Positions 44,933 through 53,070 of a stretch of DNA of 64,000 nucleotides are shown one piece after another. Under the pieces are notes generated by a model, which ran no database searches, was not told where the DNA came from, and saw nothing but the letters and a program-made list of their open reading frames with translations. The number at the start of each line of letters is the position of its first letter. Position 1 is the stretch's first letter. Position numbers and translations under genes: made by a program. Source of the DNA: Elusimicrobiaceae bacterium (GTDB taxonomy: Bacteria; Elusimicrobiota; Elusimicrobia; Elusimicrobiales; Elusimicrobiaceae); the NCBI GenBank assembly GCA_028700325.1, contig JAQVSV010000001.1, positions 28,085 through 92,084 on the forward strand, given 5' to 3'.

Positions 44933-45907
44933 ATGAAATATAACCCTAATATTACCGCCGCCGGTCCGACACAGCGAATCCCGAAAACGCTCGGCGCGGT
45001 TTTGTGCGCGCTGGTTTTTTCATGCGGCGCGGCTTTTGCCGCAGGGGAAGGCACCAGCGCCGCCCAGTTTCTGAAAATAGGCGCGGGGTCGAAACCCGGC
45101 GCCATGGCCGACGCATACACCGCGCTCGCCGATGACGTGTACGCGCTGTATTATAATCCAGCGGGCATGGCGCGGATGGCGCGTCCGCAGTTCGCGGGCC
45201 AGCTGACGAACTATTTTCAGGACTCGGATTACGGGTTCCTGGGGTTCGCCTATCCGTTCAGGGACGGCAGCGGCGAAACGCGGCACAGCATCGGCGTTTC
45301 GATCTATAGCCTGAAAGTGAACAGCCTTGAGCGGCGCACCCAGGATACCGACAATTCGGCCGGCCTGTTTGACGCCAGCGACATGGCTTATTCGCTCAGC
45401 TATGCCTGCCGCGTGAGCAGGGGGCTGGGGCTGGGCGCGTCGGCCAAATACATCCGCGGGCAGATTGACGACGTGAAAGCCAGCGCGTTCGCCATGGATT
45501 TCGGCGCGCAGTATGTATTCGAGCGGCTGAGCCTGGGCGTTACGGTGCGCAACGCGGGCTCGAAAATGAAATACGGTTCGGAGGCTGATTTCCTGCCGCT
45601 GGGCGTGTTTTTCGGGCTTGGCTACCGCGCCGGCGACGCGCTCGCGCTGGCGCTGGAAACCTATAAATACCGCGACTATAAACTGTGCGGCGCGTTCGGC
45701 GCTGATTATACGCAGGAGCTGGTCAGATCGGCGTTGTGGGGTTCGCTGCGCGCGGGCTATACCACCCATAACACCGATTCGGACGGGTTTAATGGAGCCA
45801 CTTTCGGCGCGGGGCTTAAATACTCCAAAACCGCGTTTGATTTCGCGTGGGTTCCGTTCGGCGATCTGGGCAACACGTTCAGGTATACGCTCTCCGTGCA
45901 GTTTTAA
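44933..45907 (+). CDS. PorV/PorQ-family-like outer-membrane beta-barrel protein
   Basis: Signal peptide ..LCALVFSCGAAFA. The block GTSAAQFLKIGAGSKPGAMADAYTALADDVYALYYNPAGMA is typical of the PorV/PorQ (UPF0164) family. C-terminal ..FRYTLSVQF. It starts 25 nt after the giant ORF stop. Confidence 0.6.
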   Translation: MKYNPNITAAGPTQRIPKTLGAVLCALVFSCGAAFAAGEGTSAAQFLKIGAGSKPGAMADAYTALADDVYALYYNPAGMARMARPQFAGQLTNYFQDSDYGFLGFAYPFRDGSGETRHSIGVSIYSLKVNSLERRTQDTDNSAGLFDASDMAYSLSYACRVSRGLGLGASAKYIRGQIDDVKASAFAMDFGAQYVFERLSLGVTVRNAGSKMKYGSEADFLPLGVFFGLGYRAGDALALALETYKYRDYKLCGAFGADYTQELVRSALWGSLRAGYTTHNTDSDGFNGATFGAGLKYSKTAFDFAWVPFGDLGNTFRYTLSVQF

Positions 45908-45952
45908 GCGCGCGGATCGGCCGGGAGCGATATCCGCGGGTTTCGCGTCACT

Positions 45953-47845
45953 GTGCATATTTTACTTTACCAGCTTGTTCTGACTTTGTTTTTCGCCCTG
46001 TTTTTCACCGCCGGGCGGCTGGCGTTTCTTTTTACTTTTGCAACGGGCCTGCCGCTGAACGCCGACTATCTGAACGCGTTGGTTGCAGGGCTGCGGTTTG
46101 ATCTGGCCCTGTGCGCGCTGCCGTGCGGGCTGATCGCCGCGTTGCGGCTTTACGGCCGGGAAAGAACCGTTTCCGCCGTCGCGGCTGCGTTCGGCGCGGC
46201 GAGCGCGTTTTTTATTCTGGCCGAGTTTCCGTTTTACCGCGAATGCGGATCGCGCCTTAATCTCATGTTTTTCAAGTATATCGCCTGGCCGCATCAGCTG
46301 CTGACACAACTGGCCGGCACGATGTCGCTGCGGGTGGTGCTGCCGGTGGGCGCGCTGTTGTGGTTCGCGGGGAAATGGTCCGGCGAAGCGGCGCGCGCGC
46401 TTAAGCCGCGCGAAACTTCAAACCGCGCGCGTGCGCTGGCGTGGATCGCGGCGCTCGCTTTTGCGCTCGCCTGGGGCCGGCCCGCTTTTACGCCGCTTGA
46501 GCCGGCGGCGGCGTTTTTCTGTTCCGTCAATCTGCTTAATCAGGCGGCGCTGAACGGGCCGCACAATCTGGTTTTCAAGTCGGCGGAAAAGCTGCTGGGC
46601 GAGCAATACTCCAAAGCGCCGGACTCCGCAAGCGACGCCGCAACCGTTTCCTCCTATACCGGCCTGTGCGCCGGCGGGTTTGCGCCCGCCGTGGAACTGA
46701 CCCGCGGCGCACAGCCGAATGTGGCGGTGATATTTCTTGAAAGCGTCTATACGGGGCATCTTCAGGCGGGCCTGATGCCGAATTTAAGCCGGCGCATTAA
46801 ACAGGGTCTGTATTTCAGCGGCTATCATTCCAACGTTATCGGCACGATGCTGGGGCTTACGGCGGCGCTGTCGTCCTACGCGCCGCCTCCGCAGGATATT
46901 TATAACGCGACCGGGGTAACCGCGCCAACAGTGGCCCGGTATCTTGGCCGCGCCGGCTACGATTCGCTTTTTGTTTACGGAAAGGACGGCGTTTTTGAAA
47001 ATATGGAGGGGTTCCTGCGCCGCAACGGGTTCAGCCGGTTTTATGATTATAAGGCGTACAGGGAGAGCGATCCGGTCTGGCGCGAGATTGACGACTCGCT
47101 TCTTTTTGATAAACTGGACGGATTTCTGCGGCAGGCCCGCCAGCCGTTTTTCGCGGCGGCGCTTACCTCCGCCAACCATGTGCCCTACCATGTGGCGGCC
47201 GGTTTCAGGGGCCGGCCCGGCGAGAGCGCCGTTTCCCGCGCGGTGCGGTTCACCGATTACGCGCTGGAGCGGTTTCTGGCGCGCGCGGAAAACAGTCCGT
47301 ATTATAAAAACACCGTCTTTATCATAACAGCCGATCACGCTCCGCATTATCTGACGGGGTTTACCGAACGCGATTTCAATGTGCCGCTCCTGATTCTTTC
47401 CGCGCGGCTCAAGCGGACCGGGTCAGATGCGCGCATCTGTTCCGCTGTTGATCTGCCGCGCAGCATTCTTCGCATGTGCGGCGCGGACGAGCCCGCCGCG
47501 CCGTTTATCGGCGCCGGGCTGGAAGCCCGGGCACAGTATCCGGCGGCGTATGTGTCGAGCGTGTTCTATCACGGCGCGGTGACGCCGGAGGGGTTTTTCA
47601 TGCGCGGCAACGACGAGGCGCGCGGGCCGGCTCTGCCGCTGTACGCCAAAGGCACGGCTCCGCTTAATTACGCTTCCGCGATGTTTCGCACCAGCGCGCG
47701 GCTTGCCGCCGCGAAGGATTCGCGCCTGCTGAAAAATTTTCTGCCCGGCTGCATGGCCGGGTTCCCGCGTCCGGCGGATAAAAACATCCCTGAAAACAGG
47801 CATGCGGCTCCTGAGTTCAAACCGCCAGCGCGACAAAAACCATAA
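45953..47845 (+). CDS. LTA-synthase/phosphoglycerol-transferase-family sulfatase-fold membrane enzyme
   Basis: About 5 N-terminal TM helices are followed by an alkaline-phosphatase-superfamily domain: VAVIFLESVYTG, LTSANHVPY, FIITADHAPH. Confidence 0.72.
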   Translation: MHILLYQLVLTLFFALFFTAGRLAFLFTFATGLPLNADYLNALVAGLRFDLALCALPCGLIAALRLYGRERTVSAVAAAFGAASAFFILAEFPFYRECGSRLNLMFFKYIAWPHQLLTQLAGTMSLRVVLPVGALLWFAGKWSGEAARALKPRETSNRARALAWIAALAFALAWGRPAFTPLEPAAAFFCSVNLLNQAALNGPHNLVFKSAEKLLGEQYSKAPDSASDAATVSSYTGLCAGGFAPAVELTRGAQPNVAVIFLESVYTGHLQAGLMPNLSRRIKQGLYFSGYHSNVIGTMLGLTAALSSYAPPPQDIYNATGVTAPTVARYLGRAGYDSLFVYGKDGVFENMEGFLRRNGFSRFYDYKAYRESDPVWREIDDSLLFDKLDGFLRQARQPFFAAALTSANHVPYHVAAGFRGRPGESAVSRAVRFTDYALERFLARAENSPYYKNTVFIITADHAPHYLTGFTERDFNVPLLILSARLKRTGSDARICSAVDLPRSILRMCGADEPAAPFIGAGLEARAQYPAAYVSSVFYHGAVTPEGFFMRGNDEARGPALPLYAKGTAPLNYASAMFRTSARLAAAKDSRLLKNFLPGCMAGFPRPADKNIPENRHAAPEFKPPARQKP

Positions 47846-48012
47846 AGCCTTCTGCGCAATAATAAGGAGGGCCGGGCACGTTTAATGGAAGCAGAGCCGG
47901 CCCGGCCGGCGGTTTTGCGCGGCCGGATTTACTATAATGCTGTATGGCAGACAGGTTCTTTCTGTCCGGCGCAAACCGGACTATTTTTTGCGGCGCGGGA
48001 TAATCACCGGTT

Positions 48013-49266
48013 ATGCTGACTCAACGTACTCCGATCTTAAGTCTTATCATACCCACTCTTAACGAAGCTGACAATATCGCCGAGCTGGTCCGGCGGGTGC
48101 ATGCCGCGCTGCCGCTGATCGGACATGAAATTATTGTGGTGGACGACGCGTCACCCGACGGCACGGGCCGGATCGTGCGGAAGCTGTCCGAAACCGACCC
48201 GGCGGTCAGATTGCTGCTGCGTGAAACCGGGTTCGGGCTCAGTTCCGCCGTTATTGACGGTTTTAAAATCGCGCGCGGCAGATTTCTTGGCGTGATGGAC
48301 GCCGATCTTTCGCATGACGCCGCCATTCTGCCGGAGCTGGTGCGGGGTGTGGAACTGGGCGCGCAGCTGGCGGTCGGCTCGCGCCGGGTGCCCGGCGGCG
48401 GCGCCGACAAATGGCCCTGGCACCGGAAACTTTATTCCAACGCGGCGACCTGGGCCGCCAGGCTGTGGCTGGGCACCGCGATCAGCGATCCTATGAGCGG
48501 CTATTTCATCGTCCGGCGGGAAGTGTTTGAGGAAATAGCCGGCTCGCTTAATCCCAAAGGCTACAAAATCCTGCTGGAAATCGCCACCCGCGCAGGCGTG
48601 TCGGCCGTGCTTGAAGTGCCGTTTGTTTTCAGGGACCGCAGGCAGGGGTACAGCAAGCTAAGCGGCCGGGTGGCTTCGCAGTATCTTGAAATGCTCTGGG
48701 ATCTGCGGAAATACGCGGGTGTTTCATCCCGGCTGCGCCGCGCCTATTACAGCGGCCTGTATGCCCGGATCAAAGGCGCGCTCGCGCCCGGTTCGCTGCT
48801 GGACGTGGCGTGCGCCCGGCCGTTTGACGATTTCCCCGATCAGGCGTTTTTGATTCATGTAAACCGGCCGGACGCGCGCGGAACGGACACGGGGCAGGCG
48901 TCCGGTCCGTACCCGGCGGAGCGGGCGGAACTGGCGGAACTGCCGTTTGAGAGCGCGTCGTTTGACAATGTGATTGCGATAGACGCGTTTGCGCCTGTGA
49001 ATAATGTTGCCGGCGCGCTTGCGGAAATACGGCGCGTGCTCAAACCGGGCGGTGTTTTTATCCTGGCCGAGCCGGACCGCGGCCTTGGCTGGAGGTTTTT
49101 AAGGCCAGTATGGACCGTGTTTTCCGGCAAAACACGCAAAGACGCGGGCTCGCTCCGTCACACAGCCGCCCTGTGGAGAGAACTGCTCGGCGCGCAGTTT
49201 GCCGTGCGGGCGGAGCGGCGGCACTGGCTGGCCGAACTGGTGTTTGTGTGCGTGAAGCCGGTCTGA
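48013..49266 (+). CDS. GT2 polyprenyl-phosphate hexose synthase (Dpm1/Ppm1-like) fused to a class I SAM methyltransferase domain
   Basis: LSLIIPTLNEADNI...EIIVVDDASPDGTG...GVMDADLSHD is a DPM-synthase-like GT2 pattern. The C-terminal FDNVIAIDAF...LAEIRRVLKPGGVFILAEP is Methyltransf_11-like. Confidence 0.7.
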   Translation: MLTQRTPILSLIIPTLNEADNIAELVRRVHAALPLIGHEIIVVDDASPDGTGRIVRKLSETDPAVRLLLRETGFGLSSAVIDGFKIARGRFLGVMDADLSHDAAILPELVRGVELGAQLAVGSRRVPGGGADKWPWHRKLYSNAATWAARLWLGTAISDPMSGYFIVRREVFEEIAGSLNPKGYKILLEIATRAGVSAVLEVPFVFRDRRQGYSKLSGRVASQYLEMLWDLRKYAGVSSRLRRAYYSGLYARIKGALAPGSLLDVACARPFDDFPDQAFLIHVNRPDARGTDTGQASGPYPAERAELAELPFESASFDNVIAIDAFAPVNNVAGALAEIRRVLKPGGVFILAEPDRGLGWRFLRPVWTVFSGKTRKDAGSLRHTAALWRELLGAQFAVRAERRHWLAELVFVCVKPV

Positions 49267-49417
49267 CCGCGCCGTTGCGCGGAGTTTCATTTACTAGCGC
49301 AAGGCTTTTCGCTATCATATTGCATATGGTCTGCGCCGGCGCGTCCGCGCGCCGGCGCAGGCGGGATTTTTGCGGCCGGTGCAGGGATTTTGGTTGAATG
49401 AACGGAGCGGGTTTGCT

Positions 49418-50890
49418 ATGAATAAAAAAGCCTTGGATCTGAAGGTGGTTGTTTTGGCGGGCGGAGCCGCGCCGGGCCTGTGGCCTGAAAGCCGGGAGCT
49501 GCTGCCCTGGCAGTTTCAAAAGCCTGAATCCGGCGGCAGGATCACGGCGTATTCCCCGTTTGCGGCGGGTGATGATGCCGGCCCGCTTTCTCCGTTTGAA
49601 AAAACCGCCCGGTTCGCCGAGACGCTTGTGTCGCGCGATAGTATTCTTGTGCTCGCTGACAAGGAGCAGGTTTACGGCGCGGCTTTCCGGCAGCTGCGCG
49701 ATTACAAGGTAATCTGCGAGCCGGACTACCGCGACACGGCGGTTTCGCTTGAGCTGGCCTGCATGTGGTCGCTTAACGAAAGCTACCGGTCGGCGCTGCT
49801 GGTTCTGCCGGCCGGGTTCGTCCCTGAAAACGAAAGCGTGTTCGAATTCAGCCTGCAGACCGCGCTTGACCGCGCGGCCCGCGGCGAGATAGCGGTTATC
49901 GGGTTCAGGCCCGACGCCAGCCGCGCGCATAAAGGGTATGTCGTGCGCAGCGGCGACGCGGAGGGTTCCTTTTTCAGCGCGGTATTCTCGGCCGAGCGGC
50001 CGGCGGGAAAAACCGAATACCACGCTTACGAAAAAGTGATGGTGTTCAAGCCGGAAGTGGTGCTTGAGGAGCTGAAACGCGAAATACCGGAACTGTACGC
50101 CGAGCTTAACAATATCGCCGGGGCGGATTTCTCGAAACACGGCATAAAAACGGTTTCACTGGAAAAGCATTACGGGAAGCTGTCCGCCCGATCGTTCGGG
50201 GCGGAAGTGCTGGGCAGGTCGGGTTCGCTGGTTTGCGTGCCGTGTCCGATGCGGTTTACCGCGTGCCTGGACTGGCCGTCAAGCTACGCGGCTCTGCCCA
50301 AAGACGGCAGCGGCAACAGTTTCCGCGGCCCGGTGGTGGATTGCGGCTCGCGCAACAGCCTTGTGCGGGCGAGCTGCCGCACGGTGGGAGTTGTGGGACT
50401 TGAGGACATGGCGGTTATCGAAACGGCTGACGCGGTGTTTGTGGCGCCGCTTGCGAAAGCCGGCGAGGCGGCTGCCATGGCCAACCGGTTCCGCGCGGGC
50501 AAAGACAAACTTTACCGCGAGCATAACCGCATAGAGCGCCCGTGGGGCGCGTTTACAATACTGCATCAGGCGCAGGGGTTCAAGGTCAAGCTGATCGAGG
50601 TGTTCCCGGGCGAGCGGTTGAGCCTTCAGTCGCACAGCCGCCGCGAGGAATTCTGGACCATTATAGCGGGTGAATGCGAAGTGACCTCCGGCGATTCTGT
50701 GGTTTCCAAAAAGCGCGGCGGCACGATGCATGTTCCGCGTGGCATGCGCCACGCGCTGAAGAACACCGGCACGGTGCCGGTGCAGATGATTGAAATCATG
50801 TCCGGCGATTATCTCGAGGAGGACGATACCGTCCGCTTCGCCGATCTGTACGGCCGCGAAGACGATATGAAAGGCGGAATGTTCAGTTGA
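49418..50890 (+). CDS. mannose-1-phosphate guanylyltransferase / mannose-6-phosphate isomerase-like protein (divergent NTP-transferase domain, intact cupin)
   Basis: I place the start at ATG 49418 (GGAG-containing SD 8 nt upstream). The cupin block is RPWGAFTILHQAQGFKVKLIEVFPGERLSLQSHSRREEFWTIIAGE. The N-terminal VVLAGGAAPGLWPES..LPWQF deviates from the canonical GGSGTRLWPLSR..PKQF. Confidence 0.62.
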   Translation: MNKKALDLKVVVLAGGAAPGLWPESRELLPWQFQKPESGGRITAYSPFAAGDDAGPLSPFEKTARFAETLVSRDSILVLADKEQVYGAAFRQLRDYKVICEPDYRDTAVSLELACMWSLNESYRSALLVLPAGFVPENESVFEFSLQTALDRAARGEIAVIGFRPDASRAHKGYVVRSGDAEGSFFSAVFSAERPAGKTEYHAYEKVMVFKPEVVLEELKREIPELYAELNNIAGADFSKHGIKTVSLEKHYGKLSARSFGAEVLGRSGSLVCVPCPMRFTACLDWPSSYAALPKDGSGNSFRGPVVDCGSRNSLVRASCRTVGVVGLEDMAVIETADAVFVAPLAKAGEAAAMANRFRAGKDKLYREHNRIERPWGAFTILHQAQGFKVKLIEVFPGERLSLQSHSRREEFWTIIAGECEVTSGDSVVSKKRGGTMHVPRGMRHALKNTGTVPVQMIEIMSGDYLEEDDTVRFADLYGREDDMKGGMFS

Positions 50891-50939
50891 CGGCGCCGTT
50901 TTTTAAATCTCCTGCGCCCGCGGGCCGGATTTTTTCAAT

Positions 50940-52895
50940 ATGAATTCCGGGCCGGGCCGCGTTTTTTCTTCGTGCGTTCTGGCGGTTCTGTGTTCTGTTT
51001 TCTGTTTGTGCGTGGCGGCTTTTCTTGTCAATCTTGTTCCGTTTGATACCGACGTTTCGGTTCTGGCCGCGTCAAGCGCGGTCAAGCCGGAAGAATTCAG
51101 GCCGGAGCCGGCCGAACGGCTTGTTTATCTGATCGTTTTGTGCGCCGGGCCGGTTCTGCTTTATGCGTTCTACGCGCTGTGGCGCAGATATTTCGAGCGC
51201 GCGCCGCGTGATCCGCTTGCGGCGAAAATGCCGGGTCTGGCGGCCGGGCTTGGAATTTTCTGGACTGCCGCGGCGCTTTTAAGCAGTTACAGGCTGTCCC
51301 TGACCGGCGCGGCGAGCTGGGCCGCTGGCATCGCGCTGGCCTGCTGGGTGGCGTTGCCGCGCGCGCGGGCCGCGCGCGACGGGCTGGGCCGGATAGCCGT
51401 AGCGGCCGGGCGGATAATCGCGCCGCTGCTTGTGCTGGCGGTGTTCCTGCACGGGCTGTTCACGCCGGCCAATACGCGCGAAACGTTCTGCTGGACGATA
51501 CATTTTCCCGCGGTGTTCCATTCGGTCTGGGAAGTTTTTAACGGGCGAGTCCTGCTGCATGATTTCGCCAATCAGTACGGGCTGTATCCGCATTTTCTCG
51601 CGCCGCTGTTTAAACTGACCGGCCTGTCGGTGCTGAAATTCACCGCGGTTATGTCGGGCCTGGCGGCCGGTTCCTATCTGCTGCTGTTCGCCGTTGTGCG
51701 CCGAGAGATCGCCGACAGGACAAGGCTGTACTGGTCGTTTGCGCTGGCGGTGTTTCTTCACTATTTCTGGGGCAAGCTGTCTTTTGACGAAGTGTATTTC
51801 CAGTATGTGCCTTTGCGGCTGCTGTTTCCGGCGCTGGGCCTGTGGCTGGCCCAGCGGTGGTGTTATGCTCCGGCCGCGCGCAACCATGCGTTTGCCACTG
51901 CGGTCTGCTGTGCGGGGATGCTGTGGAATATTGATTCGGGGCTGGTTGTTTTCTGCGCGTGGCTGCTTACGCTGGGGTTCGTGCGGTTTTCCTCGGATCA
52001 GCCGGCCCGCGCTCTGAAGCTGTTTGGCGCGGATATCGGTTTCTGCGCGTGCTCGCTGGGTCTGGTTTTTGCCGGGTATGCCGGAGCGATCAGGCTGGGT
52101 TATGGCGCATGGCCAGATTTTTCGAGGCTGTTTTCCTATCATTCTTTTTATTACGGGTCGGGTTATTATATGCTTCCGATGCGGGTGCTGGATTTATGGA
52201 ATGTGCCCGCGCTGCTTTATGCCGGCGGGTTGATGCACTCGGTTGTCGTTCTGCGGCGCGATGCGCGCTACAGTCCGTCCGCGGCGGTTGTTTTCATGCT
52301 GTCGGTGCTGGGCGCGGGGCTGTTTTCGTATTATCAGGGCCGGTCGCATATCTACAATCTTTATTCGGTCTCCTGGCCCGCATGGCTGCTGGCGGGGATT
52401 TATCTGGACAGACTGCTGCGGCTCGCGCCGGAATTTCCCGGCGGCGCGGGCGCGCTTGAATGGGCGCGCGGCGCCGCGCTGGCCTGTTTTTTCAGCGTGG
52501 CGGGTTTATTGCTGGTTAACGCCGGCGTCATAGCGGCGGGCGCGGTTGAAAAACTGGCTTTTTCGGGTTATGACGGAACCGTGGTGTCGCAGGCCGGGTT
52601 TATCGGCGCGAATGCCGCGCCGGGCGAGAAAATACAGATTTTTTCCTACCGCCAGTCCGTGCTGGAACTGCTTTCGGGGCGGCGCAGCGCAAAGCGGTTT
52701 CCCGCGCTGGTGGAAACGGTGCGGCGGGCTGATTACGACGCGCTCGCCGACGCGCTCTGCTGTCCTGAAATCAGCGGCGTATTCATTGATCTGGAAACGG
52801 TAGGCTATGTGCCGGATAACGAGAAAATAGTCGCCCGGACGCGCCGGTGCCGCACGCTCAAAGCCTGCGACCGCGGATTATGCCTGTTTAAATAG
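50940..52895 (+). CDS. polytopic integral membrane protein (~14 TM), possible GT-C-fold glycosyltransferase
   Basis: 651 aa, almost entirely hydrophobic helices, with a ~130-aa soluble C-terminal tail. The first loop carries FDTD. Its position after a polyprenyl-P-sugar synthase suggests a lipid-linked-sugar-using transferase. No motif-level proof. Confidence 0.4.
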   Translation: MNSGPGRVFSSCVLAVLCSVFCLCVAAFLVNLVPFDTDVSVLAASSAVKPEEFRPEPAERLVYLIVLCAGPVLLYAFYALWRRYFERAPRDPLAAKMPGLAAGLGIFWTAAALLSSYRLSLTGAASWAAGIALACWVALPRARAARDGLGRIAVAAGRIIAPLLVLAVFLHGLFTPANTRETFCWTIHFPAVFHSVWEVFNGRVLLHDFANQYGLYPHFLAPLFKLTGLSVLKFTAVMSGLAAGSYLLLFAVVRREIADRTRLYWSFALAVFLHYFWGKLSFDEVYFQYVPLRLLFPALGLWLAQRWCYAPAARNHAFATAVCCAGMLWNIDSGLVVFCAWLLTLGFVRFSSDQPARALKLFGADIGFCACSLGLVFAGYAGAIRLGYGAWPDFSRLFSYHSFYYGSGYYMLPMRVLDLWNVPALLYAGGLMHSVVVLRRDARYSPSAAVVFMLSVLGAGLFSYYQGRSHIYNLYSVSWPAWLLAGIYLDRLLRLAPEFPGGAGALEWARGAALACFFSVAGLLLVNAGVIAAGAVEKLAFSGYDGTVVSQAGFIGANAAPGEKIQIFSYRQSVLELLSGRRSAKRFPALVETVRRADYDALADALCCPEISGVFIDLETVGYVPDNEKIVARTRRCRTLKACDRGLCLFK

Positions 52896-53070
52896 ACTTG
52901 ACTGCTGCGCGCGGGTTGCCGCGATGTTTTTTCGCTGGGTAAAACTTCTGATTTTTAACTTTAATACCGCGCGGGCTTGCCGCGCGCAGGTTGATTTTGC
53001 CGCCGGCAAGAGTTGGCCGGATAGCCGGGGAAGAGCCTGAAAATGGTTAATGACCGCCGCTCAAAAGGCG

